Counted from the whole stretch's first letter, positions 52,161 through 62,810 are shown. The stretch is DNA of 63,392 nt, filler included, from Octopus bimaculoides (GCF_001194135.2; 4 parts of 4 records of this genome joined end to end with filler, not necessarily neighbours in it); one strand, 5' to 3'. Notes: generated by a model not told the origin, from the sequence alone. A program made the numbers and translations.

Positions 52161-52783
52161 GTGTGGTGAATAAACTGTCGTCTAAATTACGCAAAAATGA
52201 AAATAATACTGACATCTCACTTTAACAGATATACTTACCAAAATTACATAAAAATACCTTGAAATACTAAAGAGTAAATTTATTCAATAAAATAACCATT
52301 GGCTTCAACCACGGCCTCCGGACGACTTCGGAATGTCCTGCACCTCTTCTGGACAGTCTCCTTGTTTAAGTTGGTGATTTCTGCCATAATCCTTGCCTTC
52401 AGTTCATCTTTGGTGTTACAAGGAGTTTTGTTGGTCTCTCGCTCAACTACACCCCACACATAATAATCAAGGGGGTTGCAGTCTGGGGAGTTAGGTAGCC
52501 AGATGTTAGGAGTGATGTGGTTGCAGAAATTGTCTGACAGCCATGACTGAGTTCTCCAGCTTGTGTGGTATGGTGCAGAGTCCTGTTGCCAGACAGAGGA
52601 TCATCCAGCAGCCACCCTCCTGACTCACGGTAGCACTACCTCCTCCAGGCCATGGTGCTGTTTTTTCACAGACGGTGCCCAACTAACCCTATTATACTGT
52701 GTAGTCGACAAAATCAAAATCAAACAATCTGCATGCGGGAAATTAAAAATATAAAATGGCAACAATTTACCCATCGCACCCTG
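52157..52783 (-). mobile_element. maT-family (DD37D) Tc1/mariner deletion derivative with both TIRs
   Basis: WQQDSAPYH...NSPDCNPLDYYVWG with 37 residues between the two Asp; TIRs CAGGGTGTGGTGAATAAACTGTCGTC and CAGGGTGCGATGGGTAAATTGTTGCC; TA at right end. Confidence 0.9.
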
Positions 52784-52979
52784 TATATATATATATATAT
52801 ATNNNNNNNNNNAGGTGGGAGGTGATGCCACCCTTCTTATAAATGCGTGAAAATTTATGCGCCTGTAAGCCGTGTCAGTTCACGACTCTTGCACCTAGAG
52901 GACAGACGTGTAGTGCGCGCTCGTCGGATTTTCGTTGTTGACAAAATTGTTGCTGCTGTTATTTAGACCAAAAATAAGG

Positions 52980-53260
52980 CAGTTGCTAGCAGAATCGTTA
53001 GAACGTTGGAGACATTTCTCGCAGCATTTCTTTCGCCTCTTTGTATTCTAAGTTCAAATGCGCCTTTTTTTTTTTTTAAGTTGTTAAAATGAAATACCGG
53101 TAAAGTACTGGGCTCTCTACATCCTGACTTCAAATTCCACCGAGGTTAGTTTTACCTTTCATCCTTTCAAGGTCGATAAAATAATTACCAGTTGAGCACT
53201 GAGGTCTACGTAATTGACTTTTCTACCTCCTCTAGAATCTCTGGCCGTCTGCCATTGAAA
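52980..53260 (+). mobile_element. Degenerate SINE family B pieces
   Basis: GCAGAATCGTTAG head; TTCAAATTCCACCGAGG, CCTTTCATCCTTTC, CCAGTTGAGCACTG. Confidence 0.65.
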
Positions 53261-54402
53261 CAATTGCTTAGAGCAATGAGAGGTTTATTTCCAAAGACGT
53301 TCCCTCATGACTATCCTTCCATCAAATGTCCTGTCATTTTCAAGACAGTAAGCGTTTAATTTGAAGACGATTTGACTCTTATTTCTAGCAAGTTGAGTGA
53401 CCACGTAAGGCTCCCTCGTTTGTTGGTGATTGGGGTGGGGAAGGCGATTCTCGTTGTTGTAGTTGCAGTTAGTGGCTCTTATCCGGTGGTGATGGTGATG
53501 ATAGAGATAATGGCAGTGGTCGGGGTGGAGGGGGATCGGCGGCAGCAGCAGCGGCAGTCCTGCTGGTGGCATGATGATGATGTGGGTAGTTAAGGATAGG
53601 TTAATTACCATTATCATATCAGATAACCTTCAATAAGAGCAACCTCAATTAACACATCTACATAACACACACACACATACACACATGCACAACACACACA
53701 CACACACACACACACCAACACACACACATACAAACATGCATACCTACCTACCTACCTACCTACCTACCTACCTACCTATCTACTAATCTACCTACTTACC
53801 CACTTACATACGGACAGAAGCAACCAACACACATTTTTTGTTTGATAGCTTTATTTATTTTTCTTCCTTCATTTCTCTTTACTCACACAATCATGAAATT
53901 CACATAGACATACATTCTTTGACGCTCATCACATGAACAAATGAATGTTACATAAAGCATCGCCATATATATATATATATANNNNNNNNNNNNNNNNNNN
54001 NNNNNNNNNNNNNNNNNNNNNNNNNNNNNNNNNNNNNNNNNNNNNNNNNNNNNNNNNNNNNNNNNNNNNNNNNNNNNNNNNNNNNNNNNNNNNNNNNNNN
54101 NNNNNNNNNNNNNNNNNNNNNNNNNNNNNNNNNNNNNNNNNNNNNNNNNNNNNNNNNNNNNNNNNNNNNNNNNNNNNNNNNNNNNNNNNNNNNNNNNNNN
54201 NNNNNNNNNNNNNNNNNNNNNNNNNNNNNNNNNNNNNNNNNNNNNNNNNNNNNNNNNNNNTTAAATTTCTTTTAAAATATTTTATTACAGTTAAATTTCT
54301 ATCTTACAATTAACTAAATTAGCATAGAATAATGGTTAAATATTTTTTTTGATAATTAAGATCTAAACTGTTAATATATGAATGCAAAAGAGATAGCTGA
54401 AT

Positions 54403-54431
54403 AACTGTAAACCTACTTTTAGGCCATCCTG
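54403..54431 (-). mobile_element. Solo Tc1/mariner-like terminal inverted repeat
   Basis: Reverse complement reads TA|CAGGATGGCCTAAAAGTAGGTTTACAGTT; partner not seen and may lie in the adjacent gap. Confidence 0.4.
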
Positions 54432-54525
54432 TATATTCATATACACCCACATACACACACGCATATATACATGTGTGTAAGTGTGTATACAAATGTACAT
54501 GTGTACGTGCATGTGCGTGTGCTTG

Positions 54526-54565
<40 letters not shown>

Positions 54566-54582
54566 TGCGCGCGTGTGTATGT

Positions 54583-55861
54583 GTGTACAAGATATCAGTG
54601 GACTATGACAACAGTCGAACAGAAATCAAACGTCATGTCGGAGGCGTAGAAGGAAAATTTAAATCCAAAATATAACAACCATTTTTCGACTTCAAGGCAC
54701 CGTGATAAGATACATTCAACTACCCTTTCGGCCTTAATAAGGAAGGGATCAACTACGACATCAAATAGAAAATCCTTTCCAAAACCAGACCCTATACTGA
54801 CGGGTCCAAAATTCGTGGTCTGATCAATAAGTAACCGGTCTGTTGCCATAGTAACGAAGTTAAAGCACGCAGAGTAAAGCCACTTGGCACAGATTGACGG
54901 TAAACTCTGCTGTGCATGCGCACTAAGTTTTAACGTTCTGGCTTACTTCCGTTGTTTACAGTAGTGCTTGGGAAGAAGGTGTGTAGTGGGCGATCGTCGC
55001 ATTGACCATGATAGAGGAAGTTGAGCAGAGAATCTGCATCAAATTTTGCCAAAAGCTTGGCGATACCTGTTCAGAGGCCTACGCAAAGTTTTCAAAACGT
55101 TTTCATCGTTCTCGACACAATCCAGGAGATCTTGTGCAACTGAAACCCGAGTGTCCTCTTGGTCAGCTGAAAGCAGTTTTGGTACAAACTTAGCAGACGT
55201 GTCTCATGCCCAAATCTTCAGTGATCATGAACTGAACTGAACCGTAACTAATCTGCACATCCTCTGATAACTCGCGGATGATGATTCGAGGATTTCCCCT
55301 CACAGCTTCAAGCACATCTGCGATGTTTTTCTCAGTTCTGTTGGCTGCGGGTCTCCCAGAACGTTCGTCAATATCGACATTTTTTCGGCCATCTTGGAAA
55401 CGTCTGAACCGCTCGTACACTTGTGTGCGGCTCATATACCCCTCTCCATACACTTTCTGCAACGTTGCGTAGGCCTCTGAGCAGGTATCGCCATGACAAC
55501 TTTCTCCGTCATGTTCAATGCGACGATCACACGCTACACACCTCCTTCCAAGCACTGCTGTAAACAGCGAAAGTAAGCTAGAACGTTAAAACTTTGTGTG
55601 CAGGCACAACAGAGTTCAAGGTCAATCTTTGCCAAGTGGCTTTACTCTGTATTCTATAGCTTCATTACTGTGGCAATAGTCCTGGTACTTATTGATCAGA
55701 CTCTGTACGTTAAATATGTCCTCTTGAAAAACTATCTCTTAAAGAATATGAGGGCGTCCAACTATTATGTAAATTTCAGAAACCAAATTCTTCCTTTATG
55801 TCCTCATTTTAAGAAATATATCTTGGTGGAATTTAAAAATATGTCACCAGACACATTGTAA
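54583..55861 (+). mobile_element. Penelope-like element GIY-YIG endonuclease and C-terminus, interrupted by a mariner derivative
   Basis: VYKISV...HVGGVEGKFKS / YNNHFSTSRHRDKIHSTTLS / GINYDIK*KILSKTRPYTDGSKI, then after the insertion ICPLEKL / NFRNQILPLCPHFKKYIL. Confidence 0.8.
54814..55705. mobile_element. Foldback mariner derivative made of two inverted 5' ends
   Basis: Plus arm 54814-~55097 (EQRICIKFCQKLGDTCSEAY) and minus arm 55705-~55098 (GDTCSEAYATLQKVYG...RSGRPA...LGMRHV..KFVPKLL..ENDENVLKT); TT/TA flanks. Confidence 0.9.
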
Positions 55862-56469
55862 ACTATTAATATCTTGTTTATGACTTTTTGACTTTGTTTA
55901 TTGCAACGTTGGTTATCTTCCCATTGTTCCTTGTTCAAACATCATCTGCTTAAAAAGCAGCTGAGAGATGGTCTTGTTCTCAGTTTGCAAAATGGCACAA
56001 GTTTCGACCAGAAAACCATGGAAAGCTGTATTTCACAGGACCTGTGGTTTTTATTATAACATTGTCTTTACTCTCTTATGTACTGGAGTACGATTCTACT
56101 TTTGAAGCCTTGCCACATAATACATATGTATATATGTAAGTATATGTATACATACATATATATANNNNNNNNNNNNNNNNNNNNNNNNNNNNNNNNNNNN
56201 NNNNNNNNNNNNNNNNNNNNNNNNNNNNNNNNNNNNNNNNNNNNNNNNNNNNNNNNNNNNNNNNNNNNNNNNNNNNNNNNNNNNNNNNNNNNNNNNNNNN
56301 NNNNNNNNNNNNNNNNNNNNNNNNNNNNNNNNNNNNNNNNNNNNNNNNNNNNNNNNNNNNNNNNNNNNNNNNNNNNNNNNNNNNNNNNNNNNNNNNNNNN
56401 NNNNNNNNNNNNNNNNNNNNNNNNNNNNNNNNNNNNNNTATCTGTAATAGTATGTGACACTTATTCGGT

Positions 56470-56540
56470 AGCCATGATAAGACTCCGAGTTTCGGATGCC
56501 GGGGTGGGAGCCCACGCCAACATCTCTTCAGTTATCCGGC
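56470..56540 (-). ncRNA. Type I hammerhead ribozyme motif, near intact
   Basis: Minus strand GATAA-CTGAAGA-GATGTTGG...CCGGCATC-C-GAAA-CT-CGG-AGTC-TTATC. Confidence 0.72.
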
Positions 56541-56769
56541 CATTGAAAATTCCTGTGAAAAATGACCGTTAAACAAAGGGAAATTACTGTGTGGTGACCG
56601 TCATTAAGACAAAAGAGCTAATAGACCGCTAAGTAAGGTAAAGGTAAGGGAGTAGAGAAGTCTATAGGTTCGCATAAGCGCACCAATCCGTACATTCGCC
56701 TATATTTATATACTAAAACTACCCTCGCTTTAAACACACACATACCATCTCATACCAACAGTCGTACAG

Positions 56770-57735
56770 TCAGCCACTCTTACCAGCTACGCTGACGATA
56801 CAAAAGTGTCTCAGGTGGTCAAGAACCCTGATAACGTAGTAAAACTACGAAATGACCTGCCTGCAATATGTAAATGGGCTGATGAAAATAACATGCAGTT
56901 CAATGCTGACAAGTTTCAAGCACTCCGCTATCGGACTACAATCGGAATACATGGAACCAGAGGACAATGCAATCCTAGAGTTAGAATCAGTGCGTGACCT
57001 GGGAATCTACATGAGTAGTAATGCAACATTTCATGCGCATATTGCCAGGGTGGCAATTCTATGTAGGCGAGTAGCTAGATGGATCTTTAGATCATTCAGA
57101 ACCAGAAATAAGGATACCTTGCTACTCCTACGGAGGACATTGTCCTCAGTCGTCTGGATTACTGCTTCCAACTGTGGTCGTCGCAGAGCGTCAAACTGGT
57201 GGCTGAACTTGAGGCAATTCAGTGCCATTACACAAAGAAGATTGATTCGGTGAAACAGATGAGCTACTGGGGGAGGCTACAAGAATAGAAGCTCTCCTCC
57301 CTGGAGAGAAGGCGAGAAAGATATGCAGTAATATACATATGGGAGATCCTGGAAGGTCTAGCTCCCAACTTTTGAATTAAAAGCTATACAGCTATACCAA
57401 GCACCGAACTGGACGATACTGCATAATACCAAAGATACCGTCTTCATCATCTCAAATAAGAACCCAGTATTGCAATAGCTTGGGTTTCAGGGAGCCACAA
57501 CTGTTTAACGTCCTTCCAAGGAACCTACGAGATCGGCAAGATGTGGAAACGTTCAAAATGCATCTGGACAAATTTCTATCTGAAATACCAGATGAGCCCA
57601 CATCGCGGTAGGAAACACAAAGAAGAGCAGCTTCGTCCAACTCGCTTCTTCACCACAAACTGTACCGAAAGAGACCTCAAAACAGGCACTGCTCCAGCAT
57701 GACCCCAGCCTCTAACCGAAATCAATAAAAAGAAT
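56770..57735 (+). mobile_element. 5'-truncated CR1-like LINE, RT C-terminal half and 3' end
   Basis: YADDTK at 56788; KWADENNMQFNADKFQAL; SVRDLGI; SRLDYC; LERRRERY; FNVLPRNLR; A-rich end. Confidence 0.92.
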
Positions 57736-57912
57736 ACATACATACATACATGCGTGTGTGTGGCTATATGTATTCACGCATAAATATATATGCATATATA
57801 TGCATATATGTGTGTGCATGTGCATGAATGTATATATGTGTGTGTATAAATGTGTATCTATGTATGTATATTAGATATATATATATATATGCGCATTATT
57901 TATATATATATA

Positions 57913-58222
57913 TCTATATATATAAAAATGAGAATGTGTGTCTGTCTGTCTGTCTGTCTGTGTGTGTGTGTGAATCCCTAAAACTCGAGAACTACGCAAC
58001 CAATTTCATTCAAATTTTACAGATGCCTTACTTAGGGTTCCAGTTGTGTTTTAGTCAAAAGAAATTTTAACTTCTTGCAGAGTTCGAGCCCACGGCAACA
58101 TAATATCTCCTCCACTATTTAAGTATTACGTGTCAAAAGTGAAACAAAAACACTCATGTCAAATACTTTCACTTTAAAAATGAAACTATTCTACTAACTG
58201 AAACAATCACATTTCGATACTG
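57913..58222 (+). mobile_element. Non-autonomous Helitron-like element 5' end
   Basis: A|TCTATATATATAAAA start, (GTCT)n, then GAACTACGCAACCAATTTCATTCAAATTTT resembling the subterminal motif of animal non-autonomous Helitrons; truncated by a gap. Confidence 0.55.
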
Positions 58223-58322
58223 NNNNNNNNNNNNNNNNNNNNNNNNNNNNNNNNNNNNNNNNNNNNTTAATTAATTAANNNNNNNNNNNNNNNNNNNNNN
58301 NNNNNNNNNNNNNNNNNNNNNN
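58223..58322. other. Artificial 100-bp gap spacer with TTAATTAATTAA
   Basis: 44 N + 12 bp + 44 N. Confidence 0.95.
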
Positions 58323-58477
58323 CATCTCGCCGCCTTATTTCCACTCATTTATTATAATTTTTTTGTGTGTGTGTTTTCCAATAACAAACCACATCCGTCA
58401 CCAAAACTGCCGAATAAGCGAAGTAGCACACATAGATACCACGCATCATATAGTTTGTCCTAAAGTCCGCCTCTTCA

Positions 58478-58646
58478 TGTTCTGAGTTCAAATCACACCT
58501 AAGAAATTGACTCTCCCCAGACACAACAGAAGTCGACCTTGGCGGGATTTGAACTCAGAACCTGCTACTGTTTGTTCTGCTTTGCTTATTCTGCAGGCGG
58601 GATTTGAACTCAGAACCTGCTACTGTTTGTTCTGCTTTGCTTATTC
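58478..58646. repeat. Rearranged SINE B-box pieces: 16-bp inverted repeat plus 55-bp-period tandem duplication
   Basis: GTTCTGAGTTCAAATC near 58478 and GATTTGAACTCAGAAC at 58546; 58541-58591 is identical to 58596-58646. Confidence 0.85.
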
Positions 58647-58859
58647 GGCAGGATTAAGTATAGGAGGCGGATGCGTTTTGTTATTGGTGCAAGAGACAAC
58701 TTGTGAAGTTCGACTTAATAAGTGTTGGAATTGATTTGTTTGACTAAGCCCTTTAAGGCTCCAGCAAGGCCGGGCGCAGTCTAATTCCTGAAACCAGTAG
58801 AAAGGATAAATTTTGATGTATGCTTTAACATCTCGGGGAGAAGTAAACAAGAGAAATAG

Positions 58860-58890
<31 letters not shown>

Positions 58891-59109
58891 AAGAGGCGGG
58901 AAAGGGGAGAGAGAAGCGGGAAAAGAGAAGGAGACAGGGAAAATAGAAAGTAGATTTCATATCCTTTGAAAATATATTGAAATTTTTACAAAAATATAAG
59001 AAAACCTAATTTTATGCGATAAACTTAATGACTCATTACTGGTCTACAACCATTGTAAATTTTATAACTACAGAATGTTAATTTCCCCTCTCTATTCTAT
59101 AAGGAATTA

Positions 59110-59240
59110 CCACCACCATCACCACTACTACCACCACACCACCCATCACTACTACTACTACTACTACTACTATTACATTAGCCACCCTACTACCACCACC
59201 ACCACCACCACCACCACCACTACCGCCACTGTCATTGCAG

Positions 59241-59304
<64 letters not shown>

Positions 59305-59402
59305 ATTTGCTACCACCACCACCAGCACAACCGCTACTACAACTGATTCTACTGCAACCACATTGACCGTCATTACCGCTACCACCACTGCCACCACGAT
59401 CG

Positions 59403-59452
<50 letters not shown>

Positions 59453-59468
59453 GCTGCTTCTGCTGCTG

Positions 59469-59515
<47 letters not shown>

Positions 59516-59537
59516 GCTACTGCTGCTTCTGCTGCTG

Positions 59538-59580
<43 letters not shown>

Positions 59581-59640
59581 ACCACGTTAGCCACGACGAC
59601 GACCACCACCACCACAATCCCCACCATGTCCGACCCACCC
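59110..59640. repeat. Compound (ACT)n/(ACC)n/(GCT)n trinucleotide tract
   Basis: Direct reading; continues after the gap at 60590-60760. Confidence 0.9.
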
Positions 59641-61319
59641 ACCATCAACACTTCTATGGTTTATAGCTCTAAATCATTANNNNNNNNNNNNNNNNNNNNN
59701 NNNNNNNNNNNNNNNNNNNNNNNNNNNNNNNNNNNNNNNNNNNNNNNNNNNNNNNNNNNNNNNNNNNNNNNNNNNNNNNNNNNNNNNNNNNNNNNNNNNN
59801 NNNNNNNNNNNNNNNNNNNNNNNNNNNNNNNNNNNNNNNNNNNNNNNNNNNNNNNNNNNNNNNNNNNNNNNNNNNNNNNNNNNNNNNNNNNNNNNNNNNN
59901 NNNNNNNNNNNNNNNNNNNNNNNNNNNNNNNNNNNNNNNNNNNNNNNNNNNNNNNNNNNNNNNNNNNNNNNNNNNNNNNNNNNNNNNNNNNNNNNNNNNN
60001 NNNNNNNNNNNNNNNNNNNNNNNNNNNNNNNNNNNNNNNNNNNNNNNNNNNNNNNNNNNNNNNNNNNNNNNNNNNNNNNNNNNNNNNNNNNNNNNNNNNN
60101 NNNNNNNNNNNNNNNNNNNNNNNNNNNNNNNNNNNNNNNNNNNNNNNNNNNNNNNNNNNNNNNNNNNNNNNNNNNNNNNNNNNNNNNNNNNNNNNNNNNN
60201 NNNNNNNNNNNNNNNNNNNNNNNNNNNNNNNNNNNNNNNNNNNNNNNNNNNNNNNNNNNNNNNNNNNNNNNNNNNNNNNNNNNNNNNNNNNNNNNNNNNN
60301 NNNNNNNNNNNNNNNNNNNNNNNNNNNNNNNNNNNNNNNNNNNNNNNNNNNNNNNNNNNNNNNNNNNNNNNNNNNNNNNNNNNNNNNNNNNNNNNNNNNN
60401 NNNNNNNNNNNNNNNNNNNNNNNNNNNNNNNNNNNNNNNNNNNNNNNNNNNNNNNNNNNNNNNNNNNNNNNNNNNNNNNNNNNNNNNNNNNNNNNNNNNN
60501 NNNNNNNNNNNNNNNNNNNNNNNNNNNNNNNNNNNNNNNNNNNNNNNNNNNNNNNNNNNNNNNNNNNNNNNNNNNNNNNNNNNNNNNNATTACCACCACA
60601 ACCATTACCACCACCACCACCACCAACATCATCATCATCATCGTCATCATCATCATCATCACTGCCACCACCACCATCACCATCATCACCAACCACCAAC
60701 ACCACCGTCACCACCATCCCTTCCACAGCCACGGCAATAACAGCCACAACCATTAACGACTACACTCTAATATCGTCTTGTAAACAATAGCTATTTCAAA
60801 TAATTTCAAATATTTTGTATTGATTTATCATATATTAACTAATATTTAAAACAGATCGATCGTTACCTAGCAACAACTTCAGCATTTATTGCCAAAAGGT
60901 TTAGTTATTGCTGACAAACGAACCATTTGGCAGTTGCAGGAGGTTTTAATGCGGTCAGATGGCAAAAGAACACCAAAGACTTACGGCCATATTTCAAATA
61001 TAAGTATTCGTACCGTCATCGCCGTTGTAGTCATAATAGTGATAGTTACTGAGCTTCGTGTCAGCTCTGATCAGAGAGACCTATAATCGAAAGACGATCC
61101 AGCCGTGACTATCACGTTTTTTTTCTTTTTCTTTTTCTTTCTTTCTTTTTTTTTTTCTTAGATTCCACTCTGTTACCATATCGACAATTCCACTCACGAG
61201 GGCTGAGTCGGTCCGAAGAAACGATAGAAGACACCTGAAATTCCGCACAGCGATATCGAACCCGTAAAATGTGATTGCGAAATGAAGTTCTTAAACACGC
61301 GTCCAAGTCCGAAGAAATA

Positions 61320-61745
61320 ATCCTTTCTACTATAAGCACAAGGCCTGAAAATTTGGCGGGAGGAGATAAGTCGATTACATCGATCCCCAGTGAGTAACTG
61401 GTACTTATTTTATCGACTCCGAAAGGATGAAAGGCAAAGTCGACTTCGGCAGAATTTGAACTCAGAACGTAGCGACGGGCGAAATACCGCTAAGCATTTC
61501 GCCCTGCGTGCTAACGATTCTTATTTCTTTACTACCCAACAAGGGGCTACACATAGAAGGGACAAACAAACGGATGAAGTCGATTATATCGACCCCAGTG
61601 TGTAACTGGTACTTATTTAATCGATCCCGAAAGGATGAAAGGTAAAGTCGACCTCGGCGGAATTTGAACTCAGAACATAACGGCAGACGAAATACCGCTA
61701 AGTATTTCGCCCAGCGTGCTAACGATTCTGCCAGCTCGCCGCTTT
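61320..61745 (-). mobile_element. Two tandem SINE family B copies with different 3' ends
   Basis: 61320-61520 ends in the AGGCCTTGTGCTTATAGTAGAAAGGA tail; 61525-61743 ends in the CCCTTCTATGTGTAGCCCCTTG variant. Confidence 0.9.
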
Positions 61746-61764
61746 TGTCCGAGGAAATAATATA

Positions 61765-61849
61765 CAAGGCTGGACTGAAAAGTTTATGAGATGACTATGA
61801 AGGAGTGATGCTAGGGCTGTGAAATCTTGCATGCGTTAATTTCAACTCT
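61765..61849 (+). mobile_element. Solo mariner-like left end
   Basis: TA|CAAGGCTGGACTGAAAAGTTTAT resembles the TA|CGAGG...GAAAAGT mariner terminus. Confidence 0.5.
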
Positions 61850-61936
61850 TTATTTGTTCGCATCAAATATAGTCAAACTCCAGAATATAAAGATGAACTT
61901 GTATTTAAGATTGTATTATCCAGTTTTTTTTAATCT

Positions 61937-62109
61937 TTTATCTTCTACCTGATCTGTCATTGGATTGTGGCCATGCTGGAGCATCGTCTTGAAGGGTTTA
62001 GTCGAACATATCAACCCTGTACTCATTTCTTTGAAGTCCGGTACTTATTCTATCGGGGACGTGAACAAACCAACACCGGCTGTTTAGAGATAGTGGGGAC
62101 AAGCTCAAA

Positions 62110-62115
<6 letters not shown>
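61937..62115 (-). mobile_element. SINE family A 3' half
   Basis: GTGGCCATGCTGGAGCATCG..TTTAGTCGAA..GGTACTTATTCTATCGG..GGGGACAA followed by (CA)n. Confidence 0.8.
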
Positions 62116-62158
<43 letters not shown>

Positions 62159-62174
62159 GTACGTCACTAATCGG

Positions 62175-62420
62175 CACCAACATTGCTAGAAATAAGAGTC
62201 AAAATAACTCAATAGCCACAGAAAGCACAAACGACAGACAAAAGAGGCAAGCTCCCTACGGAAGCAGATAGAGCCAGATCATCAATGATTTCGCATTTTG
62301 ATGCCTAACGCATCTTAATGCTCACCGAATGGCTCTAACTGCACTTCCCTTGACAGTCATTAAAATAGTGCTTCTGTGATCATTGAGTTGTTTTGACTCT
62401 TATTTCTAGCAATACTGGTG
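62175..62420. repeat. 54-bp inverted repeat pair enclosing about 140 bp
   Basis: 62175-62228 versus reverse complement of 62368-62420: 47/54 identical with one gap. Confidence 0.8.
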
Positions 62421-62689
62421 TTAATTGGTGCCCTTTTCTCTTTAGTAGCGTATACATTTCTGCCTTTAGGTTATAACATTGCGAATTAGCCACCCCAGTT
62501 ATATATATATTACGTATATAATTATAAAGATATAGAAATATTAATATTTCTAAGTCTCTCTAAAGGAGACTACAGCAGCGTTACTGGATATTAATAGTTA
62601 TCAACAAGCTAACATGGCAGTCTAGAAAAATAGGAAGAATGCTGCCGTTGATTAGCTCCAAGAGGCCATCGCCTCTAGCTAGCTATGTG

Positions 62690-62810
62690 ACACATACGTT
62701 CTGAGTTCAAATTCTGCCCACGTCAACTGTGCTTTTCATCTCTCCGATGACAATAAAACAAGTACTTGAGTGGACAATAACGAAAATGCTGGGCTTGCGC
62801 CTAAATTAGA
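62690..62810 (+). mobile_element. SINE family B fragment
   Basis: ACGTTCTGAGTTCAAATTCTGCC...CTTTTCATC...AAGTAC...TTGCGCCTAAATTAGAA. Confidence 0.6.

Noticed and set aside
55957-56030. Hammerhead-like CTGAGAGA-TGGTC...GACCA-GAAA downstream of the Penelope stop
   Set aside because: Position and stem II fit, but the core spacing and the NUH triplet are broken, so it cannot be supported.
59075-59590. 171-aa poly-Thr mucin-like ORF
   Set aside because: Pure ACT/ACC/GCT trinucleotide expansion, open on both strands, with no domain or splice support.
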